From: an uncultured delta proteobacterium | Lineage (GTDB): Bacteria > Desulfobacterota > Binatia > UBA9968 | Assembly: GCA_963840855.1 (NCBI GenBank) | Contig: CAWJBB010000051.1 | Span: 40,516-104,515 of the forward strand | Reading direction: 5' to 3' | Length of the DNA: 64,000 bases | Part shown: in pieces, positions 21,057 to 33,137 of the stretch | Layout of the letters: every line of letters starts with the position of its first letter | How positions within the stretch are numbered: position 1 is the first letter of the stretch | Position numbers and translations under genes: made by a program | The notes under the pieces: model-generated | The model's database searches: none | Seen by the model: only the letters and a program-made list of their open reading frames with translations | What the model was told of the DNA's origin: nothing

Positions 21057-22865
21057 ATGACTACGACCTGGGACCTCACAAGCTATTTTCCCGAATTTAA
21101 CGGCCCGGAGATGCTCCAGTTCAAGGAAGCGCTCCGCCACGACATCGCGTCGCTCAGAGACAAAGCGTCTTTGCTCCCGATTTTGACCGAAGCCAGTCTG
21201 GCGGCCTGGGAAGAAGTCCTGGCCCGCGGCGAAGACTTGACCCGCCGCATGTCACACTTGAGCTCCTATATCAGCTGTCTCGCCTCCTCCGACGCGCGCA
21301 ACGAAGATTATCTGAAAGAAGAAGCGGCGCTGGCGCTCCTGCGGGCGGAATTCGCCAAAGTGCGCATCGAATACTTGCGCGCCTTCAAGGGCGCCACCGA
21401 CGCCGTCTTCGCTCAGTTTCTCGCCCGTCCTTATTTGGCCGGTGCAGAAAATTATCTGACCCGGCTGCGCGAGGAAGCACACCGCGCCATGACCGCGGAG
21501 AAGGAGATCCTCGCCACCGACCTCGGCGTGGACGGCATTCAATCCTGGGGGCGGCTCTACGATCGCGTATCGGCGAAGCTTGAATTCGAAATGACTTTTC
21601 CTGACGGGCGGCGCGAGCGCTTGCCCATGTCCCAGCGCCGCTCGCTCATGGATCATCCCGACCGGCGCGTAAGATGCGCGGCATTCGAAGCAGGCAATGC
21701 AGCGTGGCGGAGGGTTGAAGATATCGCTGCCGCCGCGCTTAACGCCATCGCCGGCACTCGATTTACGCTCAACCGTCACCGTGGCGTCGATCATTTCCTC
21801 GACATCGCCTTGTTTCAATCGGCGGTCTCGCGCAAAACCCTTGACGCCATGTTCGCGGCGCTGTTTGCCAATCTGGAAATGCCGCGCCGGATTCTCCGGC
21901 TCAAAGCCAAACTGATGGGGCGTTCCGGTGTCGCCTGGTTCGACCTCGGCGCGCCCCTTGATTTGCCCGACCAGGAAAAACTCTCCTGGGAGAAGGCGCG
22001 CAGGTTGGTAAGAGAATCCTTCCAGCGCGCCTACCCGGCCCTGGGCGATTTCTTCGAGCGGCATGTTCTCGCCAAAAACTGGATCGACTGGGCGCCCCGC
22101 CCCGGCAAACGGCCCGGCGGATTTTGCACGAGTTCCATGCTCAGCAAAGAGTCGCGCATCTTCATGACCTATAATGAATCCCTCGGCGACGTGCTCACCT
22201 TGGCCCATGAATCGGGACACGCCTTTCACGGCCATCAGATGGGTGACGTGCGCCCTTACGCCCGTGGCTACCCGATGACCTTGGCGGAAACCGCCTCGAC
22301 ATTTGGCGAACAGGTTTTTATGAACGGCTTGCTCGACGACCCGGCGATCAGCGACGAGCAGAAAGCGATGATCCTCGACATCGATGCGGGTCACGGCGCC
22401 GTTTATCTGCTGGATATCCCGGTGCGCTACGAGTTCGAGAAAGCTTTTTACGAAGAACGGCAAAACGGCGAGCTAAGCGTGAGCCGCCTAAAAGAATTAA
22501 TGATCGAGACTCAATGTCGCGTGCTCGGCGAGGTGCTCGAGCCGGGCGGCGAAGACCCCTACTTTTGGGCGTCGAAGCTGCACTTTTACATTACCGGCCT
22601 GACTTTTTATAACTTCCCGTACACTTTCGGCTACCTGTTGAGCCGCGGTCTCTACGCCATGTTCAAAAAGGAAGGCGCCGCTTTCCTGCCCAAGTATGAA
22701 GACCTGCTCCGCCTCGCCGGCAGCGACACCTCGGAAAACGTAGTCAAGCGCGCGGTGGACTGCGATATCGAAGCGACTGAATTTTGGACTGAGGCGATTC
22801 AAAGTTTAGAACAACCGCTGAATCACTTGGAAGGTTTGTTGCCGAAGGTTTTTCCGAATTCGTGA
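21057..22865 (+). CDS. pepF: M3-family oligoendopeptidase F
   Basis: WDL N-terminus, GKRPGGFC, LAHESGHAFH zinc motif, AETAS, FYNFPYTFG. Confidence 0.93.
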   Translation: MTTTWDLTSYFPEFNGPEMLQFKEALRHDIASLRDKASLLPILTEASLAAWEEVLARGEDLTRRMSHLSSYISCLASSDARNEDYLKEEAALALLRAEFAKVRIEYLRAFKGATDAVFAQFLARPYLAGAENYLTRLREEAHRAMTAEKEILATDLGVDGIQSWGRLYDRVSAKLEFEMTFPDGRRERLPMSQRRSLMDHPDRRVRCAAFEAGNAAWRRVEDIAAAALNAIAGTRFTLNRHRGVDHFLDIALFQSAVSRKTLDAMFAALFANLEMPRRILRLKAKLMGRSGVAWFDLGAPLDLPDQEKLSWEKARRLVRESFQRAYPALGDFFERHVLAKNWIDWAPRPGKRPGGFCTSSMLSKESRIFMTYNESLGDVLTLAHESGHAFHGHQMGDVRPYARGYPMTLAETASTFGEQVFMNGLLDDPAISDEQKAMILDIDAGHGAVYLLDIPVRYEFEKAFYEERQNGELSVSRLKELMIETQCRVLGEVLEPGGEDPYFWASKLHFYITGLTFYNFPYTFGYLLSRGLYAMFKKEGAAFLPKYEDLLRLAGSDTSENVVKRAVDCDIEATEFWTEAIQSLEQPLNHLEGLLPKVFPNS

Positions 22866-22884
22866 ATTACTTCACTCGTCCGCA

Positions 22885-23964
22885 ATGAACCGTCTCAGGA
22901 AACAAATCGGGCAGTTATTTTTGGTCGGGGTTCAAAGCGAAACGCTCACACCCCACGAGCGGCTGCTCTTCGAAGAGTATGCGTTCGGCGGATTCATTCT
23001 CTTCAAACGCAACTGCCACGAGGCCGGTCAGGTGGTTTCATTATGTCGCGCCCTTGGGGAGATGGCCGGCGAAACACCGCCCTTCATCGCCATCGACCAG
23101 GAAGGCGGCCGCGTGCACCGCTTGCCGCCGCCTTTCACCCATTTTCCGCCGGCCGCGCGTATCGGTGAGACCAACGATCTTGACCTCGCTTACCGCGCGG
23201 GGCGCGCCACCGCCGCGGAATTGACTCTGGCGGGAATCAATCTCAATTTTGCTCCCGTCCTGGACGTAAATTCTAATTCGCAAAACCCCATCATCGGCGA
23301 CCGCGCCTTTGGCGCTGAACCGAAGGCGGTAATGATGATGGGATGGTCATGGGCTCAAGGGCTCCGAGACGGAGGCGTTATTCCCTGTGGAAAACACTTT
23401 CCCGGCCATGGCGCCTCCGACAAAGACTCGCACTTCGATCTACCCTTGGTCGCGAAATCAATAGACGAACTGAAAGCCACCGAGCTACGGCCCTTCGCAC
23501 ATGCTTGTGGAAACAAAATTGAAGCCCTCATGACGGCCCACGTGCTTTACCCGGCCCTCGATGCTCAATGGCCGGCCACGCTTTCAGAAAAAATCGTGAC
23601 AGGTTTGTTGCGCCAGCAACTGGGTTATGGTGGCGTGGTTTGCAGCGATGACATGGAGATGAAAGCGATCAGCGACCGCTACGGCGTGGAGGATGCGGCC
23701 TTGCTGAGCATCCGTGCCGGCGTCGACATGCTCCTCTTTGGCCGTGAGCTCTCGCGGGCGGTTCAGGCTTGCGAGTTTCTCTGCGCGGAATCTGAAAAAG
23801 ACGCCGCGCTACGGGCGCGGGCGGGCGAGGGCTGCGCTCGGATCGCCAGGCTCAAGCGACGTTCCTTGAAATCGTTTACGGGGGTCGTCGAAAAAGAGAT
23901 TGTGGAGCAGCTCGCCAATCTGGATCATGGCCGCATGGTGGCGGAGATTTACGGCATCTTGTAA
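22885..23964 (+). CDS. nagZ: Beta-N-acetylhexosaminidase (GH3)
   Basis: IDQEGGRV, KHFPGHG...DSH, SDDMEM. Confidence 0.94.
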   Translation: MNRLRKQIGQLFLVGVQSETLTPHERLLFEEYAFGGFILFKRNCHEAGQVVSLCRALGEMAGETPPFIAIDQEGGRVHRLPPPFTHFPPAARIGETNDLDLAYRAGRATAAELTLAGINLNFAPVLDVNSNSQNPIIGDRAFGAEPKAVMMMGWSWAQGLRDGGVIPCGKHFPGHGASDKDSHFDLPLVAKSIDELKATELRPFAHACGNKIEALMTAHVLYPALDAQWPATLSEKIVTGLLRQQLGYGGVVCSDDMEMKAISDRYGVEDAALLSIRAGVDMLLFGRELSRAVQACEFLCAESEKDAALRARAGEGCARIARLKRRSLKSFTGVVEKEIVEQLANLDHGRMVAEIYGIL

Positions 23965-25278
23965 GCGCTGTAGGCAATCAGTTTCTTCACGTCACGGGCC
24001 AGCTCGCCCTCCCATTTCTCGATGATAATATCGGCGGGGCATTTGCCGTCGTCGAGAAGGCTTTTCAGTGGCTTTAGATAAATCGTTTCATCATCGCCTT
24101 GGACGTTAAGTGCCCTCTGGCGCCGCAGACCTTCCCAGGCGATTTGCAGAAGTTCTCTGGCCAGTTCGAGCAGAGCGTAGCGGCGTACCCTGGCCCTCAG
24201 CGCGTCCCGGTGCGAGTCGAGATAAATCTGCATCCGTTCGTCCCAGGTCCATCCTTTAATCAAATCCCAGCCCGCCTGGAGACAATCGTTATCGTAAAAC
24301 ACGCCCTTGATCAGCGCCGAAAGCGCGGGCATCAGATCCGGCGGCTGGCTGTCCACCGAGCGCACTTCGACATAGCGCTTGATGCGCGTCTCCGGAAACA
24401 GCGTCGTCAGGTGATCGCTCCAATCTTCTATAGTTGCCCGCTCGCCATTGTGTCCCCGCTCCAAATACTGGCGAAAAGTCATGTGGGTCATGTCGATGTA
24501 ATCTTTGTTGCGAATGATGAAATACATCGGCACGTCCAGGGCGTATTCCACGTAGTGAACAAAGGAAACATCCGGCGCGAAAGCGAACTTGAGTAATCCC
24601 GAGCGATTATTGTCCGTATCCGTCCATATATGTTCGCGAAAACTGCGATAGCCGTTGAGCGCGCCATCCGAGATCGGTGAGTTGGCGAACATGGCGATCA
24701 ATATAGGAGCCAATCCCATGCCAGTGCGAAACTTCGCCATGGCATCTTTTTCGTCGAGGAAATCGATGTTGGCTTGCACCGTGGCGGTCTGTTTCATCAT
24801 GCGTTGGCCCATCGTGCCAACTTTGAGCATATAGGGCGCCATAATGCGGTAACGCTTCTTGGGTACCCATTCGATCTCTTCGAGACGGCTCACCGGCTGG
24901 ATGCCCAAACCGAGAAAGACGATGCCCAGCGGTTCGGCGACTTCCAGCAGCTCACGGATATGCTGATCAAATTCAGCGTAAGTGCAGTGGATGTTTTCGC
25001 ACGTCTCGCCGGCGAGCTCGATCTGGCCGCCGGGTTCCAGGTGGATCTCGTGCTTGTTTCTTTTCAGCGCGATGATGTGCCCGTCCTGCTCTTCAGGCTC
25101 CCAACCGAAGCGTTCGATCAGCTCGCGAAGAATCCTCTCAATGCCCCGCGGTCCAAAATAAGGAATCGCTTTGCCGGTGGCGCGGTCGATGCCGACTTTT
25201 TCGTACTCGGTGCCGACGCGCCAGCGCTCCCGCGTTTTGCCGGCGTCGTGAAAAAAAGCTTCCAGTTCCTCTTTTCTC

Positions 25279-25292
<14 letters not shown>
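23949..25292 (-). CDS. gshA: Glutamate-cysteine ligase (plant/alphaproteobacterial type, GCS2 family)
   Basis: VGTEYEK, LEPGGQIEL, VPKKRY, FANSP, WTDTD, HLTTLFPE.R.K. Confidence 0.93.
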
Positions 25293-26310
<1,018 letters not shown>

Positions 26311-26376
26311 CAATACGTTCCCATTTTTGCGGAGACCGAGTATATTAAGTGGCGGAAGGAAGCGTCAAGGGCCGCA

Positions 26377-26616
26377 GTGGATATTTATCATGTTCTAGGG
26401 TATCTCACCGGACTCGTTTTTTTTCGACCAGAGATCGATCCCAGGACGTTGCTGCACACGACGGCGCTGATCCATTTTCTCGATGCGATTCTTTGCCGCG
26501 TTATCGCCGACCATGACGGGCGGCCAAAGAATCTCTGGATGGCAGCCGGCTTGATCTTTGGCATCTGGGCCGTGGCGATACTGTTTCTCCTGCCCGAGAA
26601 ACGGCAAGAAAAATAA
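26377..26616 (+). CDS. Small membrane protein
   Basis: GTG start, hydrophobic segments, WMAAGLIFGIWAVAILFLLP. Confidence 0.6.
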   Translation: MDIYHVLGYLTGLVFFRPEIDPRTLLHTTALIHFLDAILCRVIADHDGRPKNLWMAAGLIFGIWAVAILFLLPEKRQEK

Positions 26617-26659
26617 GATATCCGGCCTAATCATGCGCCGAGAGCACGTCTGCGACGCC

Positions 26660-26755
26660 CGTTCAAAGTTCAATGCCTGCCCTGAGCTTGACGAACGGGT
26701 TCAAAGTCCTATCCCCACTACCTTGAACTTTGAACCATGAACCTTGAACTTTCAA
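26660..26755. repeat. Inverted heptamer arrays enclosing a REP-like unit
   Basis: GTTCAAA GTTCAAT ... CCCTGAGCTTGACGAACGGG ... TTGAACT TTGAACC ATGAACC TTGAACT. Confidence 0.75.
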
Positions 26756-26758
26756 TCG

Positions 26759-27148
26759 CTACTCATCAAGAGCGATCACAAACGCCATTCCATGCGCGGC
26801 GGTATGGGTGATCGACAAAGTCCAACGGCGAATTCCTAAGCCATCGGCTCGCCGCGCGGTCTTGTCATGCAACAAGATATCCGGCTTGCCGCTGGCCGCC
26901 CGCGTCACTTCGATGTCGAGCCAACAGACCTGCGAGCCCCAACCACGCCCCAGGGCTTTCATCACCGCTTCCTTGGCGGCAAAACGGCCAGCGTAGCTTT
27001 CATATTTCCCGCGCCGCTTGCCTTCGCAATACGCGATCTCCTTCGAGGTAAAAACCCGGTTGCGGAAACGCAGACCCGTGCGCGGGTCTTCCAGCGCTCT
27101 CTGGATACGCCCGACCTCCGCCAAATCCACGCCTGTGCCGACGATCAT
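26759..27148 (-). CDS. acpS: Holo-ACP synthase
   Basis: IVGTGVDL, AGRFAAKEAVMKALG, LSITH. Confidence 0.95.
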   Translation of the reverse strand: MIVGTGVDLAEVGRIQRALEDPRTGLRFRNRVFTSKEIAYCEGKRRGKYESYAGRFAAKEAVMKALGRGWGSQVCWLDIEVTRAASGKPDILLHDKTARRADGLGIRRWTLSITHTAAHGMAFVIALDE

Positions 27149-27282
27149 TGTGAGCAGTTTGCGCTTGCCCTCCCCGCCTGTCAACGCCGGCCGGCCATGC
27201 ATCATGCGCGCCGGTTCACCGCACTTTACAAAGTCACCGGACGTGCTTAAATTTCCTTGTTTTAAGTTAAGGAATGCTCCAA

Positions 27283-28363
27283 ATGAAATCATCACTTCGT
27301 TTAGTGTCTACGAATTATTCGAACAAAACGAGCCCCGCGGCTGACTTAAGGGACCGGCGATGAAGACCTTTTCGATGCTTATTCGTCGGCCGTGATCCGA
27401 GCCGCCGACAAGATCAGTCCGTCGGTAGTGAACATCGAAATCCAGCGCGACACCGCGAGATCACGGGAAGCAGCTTTTCCGCAGGGATATCCGGTGCGTG
27501 GCAGCGGCTCGGGGTTCATCTTTACCCCCGATGGCTTCATCCTCACGAATAGCCACGTCGTGCATCACGCCGCCCGATTGGAAGTCGCGCTGTCGGATGG
27601 ACGGCGCTACGAGGCGCGTTTAGTGGGTGACGATCCCGACACGGACCTGGCAGTGATCCGCATTGATGCGTCGAATCTTCAAGTCGCTGAGCTCGGCGCC
27701 TCGAACGCGATCCGCGTGGGGCAGCTTGTCATCGCAGTAGGCAATCCCTACGGCTTTCAATGCACGGTCACTGCCGGAGTCGTCAGCGCCTTGGGGCGTT
27801 CGCTCCGTTCAAACACTGGTCGATTGATCGACAACGTGATCCAAACGGACGCGGCGTTGAATCCGGGAAACTCGGGTGGCCCCTTGGTCAACTCGCGCGG
27901 CGAGGTCATCGGGGTCAATACGGCGGTAATTTTGCCGGCTCAAGGCATTTGCTTCGCCATCGCCATCAACACGGCCAAGTACGTCACTGGACTTCTGATC
28001 AGGGACGGCAAGATCAGACGCAGCTACCTCGGGCTCGGCGGGCAAACCATCTTCATGCCAAAGCATCTCGCTCGCCGCTTTGGAGTTTCAAGCGGCGTAC
28101 TCGTGCTGTCAGTCGAAAAAGGAAGCCCGGCAGAAAGAGCAGGCCTCGCCGAGGGGGACCTCATCGTCCAATTCGATGACAAATCGATCACGTCGGTGGA
28201 TGATCTGCATCTCAATCTGACCGAGCAGAAGATCGGCGTTAGAACTGCGCTTACGATTCTTCGCCGCTCCGAGAAGATCGTGCTTTCGGCCTTGCCTGAA
28301 GAGAGTCGCTCAAGAGCTAAGGTCGCCAAAACAGATTCGGACACCCAACGGCAAAAGCCTTGA
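27283..28363 (+). CDS. HtrA/DegP-type S1C serine protease with PDZ domain (N-terminal frameshift near 27350)
   Basis: GSGSGF, TNSHVV, DLAV, TDAALNPGNSGGPL, C-terminal PDZ. Confidence 0.92.
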
Positions 28364-28504
28364 CGCCGCGCTCAAGGTGCCTTGCGAACTTTATCTTCCT
28401 TAAAATATCGATTGCGCCACTCCTCGACGGATTCGATATGGGCCGGGACACAGATCCCGGCCCGGTCACAATAGATCGAACGCGATTCCATTGTCAGAAG
28501 AAGG

Positions 28505-29110
28505 TTAACCAAGGTCTAGGACAAAGTCGAAAGTGGCAAGGTTTTCGCGGCCGTTTTGCCGCATTGTCAGCAGCAGCTTATCGTTGAAGATTGAGTCACG
28601 CCGGTTTTGTGGCTCTCCGGGAAAGTAAAGCTGGGTCGTAAGAATCGGTCGGTTGGGCGCCTGCACTCTTACGTGGAAGTGGCGGGTTCGGCCTGGATAC
28701 AGTCCCGGTAGCACGGTCTCGAGAGAATACCGACCGTAGTCGTCAGTGTACTGGTGACCACGGAGCTTGTAGCCGATGTTGTCGTACACTCCGGCGGCAT
28801 CGGCCTGCCAGAAATCCACAAGCGCGCCGCGGACGGGATGACAGTGCGTCGATCTCACGTAACCCTGGACGAGAATTTTCGTGCCTTTCATACCGGGCTC
28901 GATAAGCAAACTGCGTTTCGGTGAGCTCGGTTTGTAGAAAGGGCCCGCGGTTTGTGGCGGCGTGGCGTCGTCGTTATCCCTACAAGCAGGCGTCGCCGGT
29001 AAAGTTTGCGCCCGGGCAGCCTTCTCCGTCCCGCTATTCTCTAACAGCAAGATTGCCGGCAATGCCAGCCACGCGCGCAGAAACTCGCGCCTGGACCTTC
29101 GTGCATTCAT
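28505..29110 (-). CDS. Intradiol ring-cleavage dioxygenase family protein, Tat signal
   Basis: SRREFL, GPFY, WQADAAGVY, PGLYPGRTRHFH, LTTQLYF. Confidence 0.9.
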   Translation of the reverse strand: MNARRSRREFLRAWLALPAILLLENSGTEKAARAQTLPATPACRDNDDATPPQTAGPFYKPSSPKRSLLIEPGMKGTKILVQGYVRSTHCHPVRGALVDFWQADAAGVYDNIGYKLRGHQYTDDYGRYSLETVLPGLYPGRTRHFHVRVQAPNRPILTTQLYFPGEPQNRRDSIFNDKLLLTMRQNGRENLATFDFVLDLG

Positions 29111-29306
29111 TACTGTAATACTATCTCAAAAAATGCCGCGATCAATTCGCCTGGGGTGCGCCATCGACTCGTGGTTCCCTCATCAACGACAAACCGGCAG
29201 CCGGCCATTTAATTCTATGCAAACCCCGCCCGCGAAGTGGCTTCGTTTATTTGACTGCCGTAACGGCTTAGCGTTAGAATCAAGGCGAAAAGGAGGAATG
29301 ATTGCC

Positions 29307-30485
29307 GTGATTAAAATGACCTTTCGGATTCTAATCGCGTCCTTATTGTTCCATCTGCCAGCGGCCGCTTGGGCACAAAAAGGCACCATCAAGATCGCCG
29401 TTCAGGCGCCGCTTTCCGGCGAGCAAGCCGCCCTCGGCGAACATATCAAACTCGGCGCGCAGCTCGCGGTTGAGGAGTCGGTCAAAGCTTTCAAAGCCCT
29501 GGGGTACGATCTGATCTTGGTCCCCTATGACGATCAAGCCAAGCCGGAAGTCGGTGTCGCCAACGCGCGCAACGTCGTCGCCGATGCCAACGTGCTGCTG
29601 CTGGTGGGCCACTTTAATTCCGGCGTCGCGCTACCCGCGTCCGAAGTCTACAAGGACGCCATGCTGGCGATGATCTCGCCGGCCAATACAGCGACGGAGA
29701 TCACCGACCGCGGCTATCCCAACGTCAACCGCGTGTGCGGCAGAGACGACGTTCAGGGGCCGGTCGGCGCGCGCTTCGCTGCTCAGGAGCTGAAACTCAA
29801 ATCGGTCTATATCATTCATGACAAAACCCTCTACGGCCAAGGAGTGGCGGATAACTTTCGCAACGAAGCGAAAAAACTTGGCCTGAAGGTGCTCGGCTAC
29901 GAGGGTACCGAAGAGCGCGCCAACTTCGCGCCGATGATTATTCCGATGAAGGCCAGGAATCCGGATCTGGTTTATTTCGGCGGCATCTATCATCAGGGCG
30001 GGTTATTGCTTAAACAGATGCGCGAGAAGGGCGTCAAGGCGGTGTTCATGGGTCCCGACGGACTGGACTCTTCCGAGATGGTGAAGATTACCGGCCCGCA
30101 GGTAGTCGGCAGCTATTACACTACGGTGGCCGGCCCGCCGGAAGTTTATCCGGAATCCGCTGACTTCGCCAAGAAATTCAAACAGCGCTTCAATAAGGAC
30201 ATCGAGTCCTTCGGCATGTACGGCTACGACGCCGCGCTGGTGGGCATCAAAGCCATCGAACAGACGATTCAAGCGAGCGGCGGCAAAAAACCTAGCCGCG
30301 CCGAAATCTCGGCGGCGGTAAGAAAGATCAAAAATTTCAAGGGCGTCACCGGCTCAATCGCCTTCGACAACAAAGGCGACCCGGTGAAGTCGAAATACTT
30401 CGTGCTGCGCTTCGAAAAAGAGAGCTACCCGGGTAAGGTCGCCAAGGTCATTGAACAACAGGCTCCTGCGGCCAAGAAATCCTAA
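29307..30485 (+). CDS. Branched-chain amino acid ABC transporter substrate-binding protein (LivJ/LivK family)
   Basis: RBS AGGAGG, signal peptide, VGHFNSG, DDVQG, HDKTLYGQG. Confidence 0.92.
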   Translation: MIKMTFRILIASLLFHLPAAAWAQKGTIKIAVQAPLSGEQAALGEHIKLGAQLAVEESVKAFKALGYDLILVPYDDQAKPEVGVANARNVVADANVLLLVGHFNSGVALPASEVYKDAMLAMISPANTATEITDRGYPNVNRVCGRDDVQGPVGARFAAQELKLKSVYIIHDKTLYGQGVADNFRNEAKKLGLKVLGYEGTEERANFAPMIIPMKARNPDLVYFGGIYHQGGLLLKQMREKGVKAVFMGPDGLDSSEMVKITGPQVVGSYYTTVAGPPEVYPESADFAKKFKQRFNKDIESFGMYGYDAALVGIKAIEQTIQASGGKKPSRAEISAAVRKIKNFKGVTGSIAFDNKGDPVKSKYFVLRFEKESYPGKVAKVIEQQAPAAKKS

Positions 30486-30520
30486 CCTCGCTAATTCTCA
30501 AGCAACTCAATGAGTCTTGT

Positions 30521-30580
30521 TAGAGGATGGAAGATGGCGGATCGAAGATCGATTCTCCGTCCTTCATCCTCAATCTTCGA
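30521..30580. repeat. Heptamer repeat hairpin
   Basis: AGGATGG AAGATGG CGGATCG AAGATCG ... TCCTTCA TCCTCAA TCTTCGA. Confidence 0.65.
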
Positions 30581-30601
30581 TGTACTTTCCGCCAAAGCCC
30601 G

Positions 30602-31696
30602 ATGAAAAAGAAATTGCGCGTCGCGCTCCTGTTCGGCGGCCAATCCGCCGAGCATGAAATCTCTCTCATCTCGGCTAGAAACATTGTCGAGGCGATGGAC
30701 AAAAAAAAGTACGAAATCGTTTCCATCGGCATCGATAAGCAAGGCCGCTGGTTTTACGACGAGGGGGCGCGGTTGCTGCTGGATCGAACCCAAACTAAAG
30801 TCGAATTTCACGATCTGAAAAATGTCGGGGCCGTGTTGCCGGGGGCGAGCAACACAGCGATAGTGCGCTCCTCGTCCGGCGCCGGCATCGGCGCCGTGGA
30901 CGTTGTTTTTCCGGTGCTTCACGGCCCATTCGGCGAAGACGGTACCGTGCAAGGCTTGCTTAAGCTCGCCAATCTCTCCTTTGTCGGTGCCGGAGTGCTC
31001 GGTTCCGCTGTAGGCATGGACAAAGACGTCATGAAGCGGCTTTTGCGGGATGCCGGGATTCCGATCGCGAAGTTTTTAGTATTCGACGGCGCGGCTAAAA
31101 AAACCATAAACTTTGCCCGGGTGCGGCGCGAATTGGGACTACCGCTCTTCGTAAAACCAGCCAACCTCGGATCCTCGGTGGGCATCAGCAAAGTCTCTCG
31201 CCCAAGCGAATTTTCGCGCGCCGTCAATAAAGCGTTTCGTTACGATAATAAGATATTGATCGAGGAGAACATCGGGGGGCGGGAGATTGAATGCGCCGTG
31301 TTGGGAAACGAAAACCCCATCGCTTCGGTGCCGGGCGAGATTATCACCGGCCACAGCTTTTATTCCTACGACGCCAAATATATCGACGATAAAGGCGCGC
31401 GCCTGGTAATACCGGCTCAGTTGCCGCGTCCGGTGGCGCGGCGTGTTCAGGAATTGTCAGTGCGCAGCTTCGAGGTCCTGTGCTGTTCGGGGATGGCCCG
31501 GGTGGACTTTTTCCTGCGCGGGCCAAGCGAGATATTCGTTAACGAGATCAACACGATCCCAGGTTTTACCCAGATCAGCATGTACCCCAAGATGTGGGCC
31601 GCAAGCGGGCTTTCATATCCCCGTCTAATCGACCGGCTGATCCAACTAGCGCGCCAAAAATTCCGTGCGGAAAAGCGTTTAAGATCGTCGATCTGA
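30602..31696 (+). CDS. ddl: D-alanine-D-alanine ligase (DdlA type)
   Basis: FGGQSAEHEIS, LHGPFGEDG, GSSVG, FYSYDAKY, NEINTIPGFT. Confidence 0.97.
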   Translation: MKKKLRVALLFGGQSAEHEISLISARNIVEAMDKKKYEIVSIGIDKQGRWFYDEGARLLLDRTQTKVEFHDLKNVGAVLPGASNTAIVRSSSGAGIGAVDVVFPVLHGPFGEDGTVQGLLKLANLSFVGAGVLGSAVGMDKDVMKRLLRDAGIPIAKFLVFDGAAKKTINFARVRRELGLPLFVKPANLGSSVGISKVSRPSEFSRAVNKAFRYDNKILIEENIGGREIECAVLGNENPIASVPGEIITGHSFYSYDAKYIDDKGARLVIPAQLPRPVARRVQELSVRSFEVLCCSGMARVDFFLRGPSEIFVNEINTIPGFTQISMYPKMWAASGLSYPRLIDRLIQLARQKFRAEKRLRSSI

Positions 31697-31883
31697 TGAT
31701 CGAATGCGCGAGCCTCAATGAGGCCAAGGTGGCCGGCGTCTATTTTCCCGCCGAGCTTAGCGCCGAAGAAATCGCGCTCTCCATCGAACATGGCGTTGCA
31801 TGCGCTACAAGAACTAGCGACAATCCCCAAGACTCCGGAATCGGAATTTGAACCTTGAACTTTGAACCCGGAACTCTGCCCAG

Positions 31884-33092
31884 CTAATCCATCTGCCTTC
31901 TCAGAAACGTCGGGATATCATAAGTATTGTCCTCGTCGTCATTCTTGTTTAACTGAAACGTCGAGTTGTTCAGCGTCACCTTTTCGGTTTCATCGCTGCC
32001 CTGTTTCTTGCGCTGCCAGGTCGGCGCTTCTAGATCGTCAACGATGGTACCGAGATGTACGACCTTCTTGTTTTTCGGCGCCGGGGTCGGGGCAATGGGC
32101 GCTAGGTTTATGACCACCGGCTTTTGCTCCTCCTTGGTGTCGGTGAAGCCCGTGGCGATGACCGTGATGCGGATCTCGTCGGTGAGGTTTTCGTCGATAA
32201 CAGCGCCAAAAATGATATTGGCATCGTCGTCGGCTTCTTCCTGGATCATGGACGCCGCCTCGTTGATCTCATGGACGCCGAGATCCGGACCACCGGTAAT
32301 ATTGATAAGCACGCCACGCGCGCCGTGGATCGAAATATCTTCGAGCAACGGGCTTGAAATCGCCTTCTGCGCCGCCTCCACCGCCCGGTTTTCCCCGGTC
32401 GCCGTAGCCGAGCCCATAAGCGCCAGGCCCATCTCAGCCATCACCGTGCGCACGTCGGCGAAATCGAGATTGATCAATCCCGGCGTGATGATCAGGTCCG
32501 AAATGCCGCGCACGGCTTGCAAGAGCACGTCATCGGCCTTGTTGAACGCTTCGAGCATTGTAGTGGTCTTGGCGGCGATGCTTAACAGGCGCTGATTCGG
32601 AATGACGATCAAGGTATCGACGCTTTCCTTCAACTCTTCGATACCTTCTTCGGCTTGACGCAGGCGCCGCTTGCCTTCGAAAACGAAGGGTTTGGTCACC
32701 ACGCCCACCGTCAGCGCGCCCGCGTCCCGCGCCAGGCGCGCAATCACCGGTGCTCCTCCCGTGCCGGTTCCACCGCCCATGCCGGCGGTGATAAAGACCA
32801 TGTCGGAACCTGACAAGTGTTCTTTGAGCTGATCCTGGTTTTCCAACGCGGCGCGCCGCCCAACCTCCGGGTTGGCGCCGGCGCCTAGGCCCTTGGTTAC
32901 GGACTCACCCAGTTGTATTTTGTTCAGAGCCTGGCTGCGCTCCAGGGCCTGCGCATCGGTGTTGGCAACCAGGAAATCGACTCCCGTGAGCTTGGATCGG
33001 ATCATGGTGTTCACCGCGTTGCCGCCGCCGCCGCCGACGCCGATCACCTTGATTCGGGCAGTCAAATTGGTTTGCTCGACAATCTCAATCAT
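31884..33092 (-). CDS. ftsZ: Cell division protein FtsZ
   Basis: GGGTGTG, NLDFAD, C-terminal DIPTFLR. Confidence 0.99.
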   Translation of the reverse strand: MIEIVEQTNLTARIKVIGVGGGGGNAVNTMIRSKLTGVDFLVANTDAQALERSQALNKIQLGESVTKGLGAGANPEVGRRAALENQDQLKEHLSGSDMVFITAGMGGGTGTGGAPVIARLARDAGALTVGVVTKPFVFEGKRRLRQAEEGIEELKESVDTLIVIPNQRLLSIAAKTTTMLEAFNKADDVLLQAVRGISDLIITPGLINLDFADVRTVMAEMGLALMGSATATGENRAVEAAQKAISSPLLEDISIHGARGVLINITGGPDLGVHEINEAASMIQEEADDDANIIFGAVIDENLTDEIRITVIATGFTDTKEEQKPVVINLAPIAPTPAPKNKKVVHLGTIVDDLEAPTWQRKKQGSDETEKVTLNNSTFQLNKNDDEDNTYDIPTFLRRQMD

Positions 33093-33137
33093 TGGTATTC
33101 CTCCCTCGAAAATAAAATTGACAGTTTCGCTTTGCCA

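Noticed and set aside
21252-22463. Long antisense ORFs (this one and many others opposite housekeeping genes)
   Set aside because: Shadow ORFs typical of high-GC codon usage
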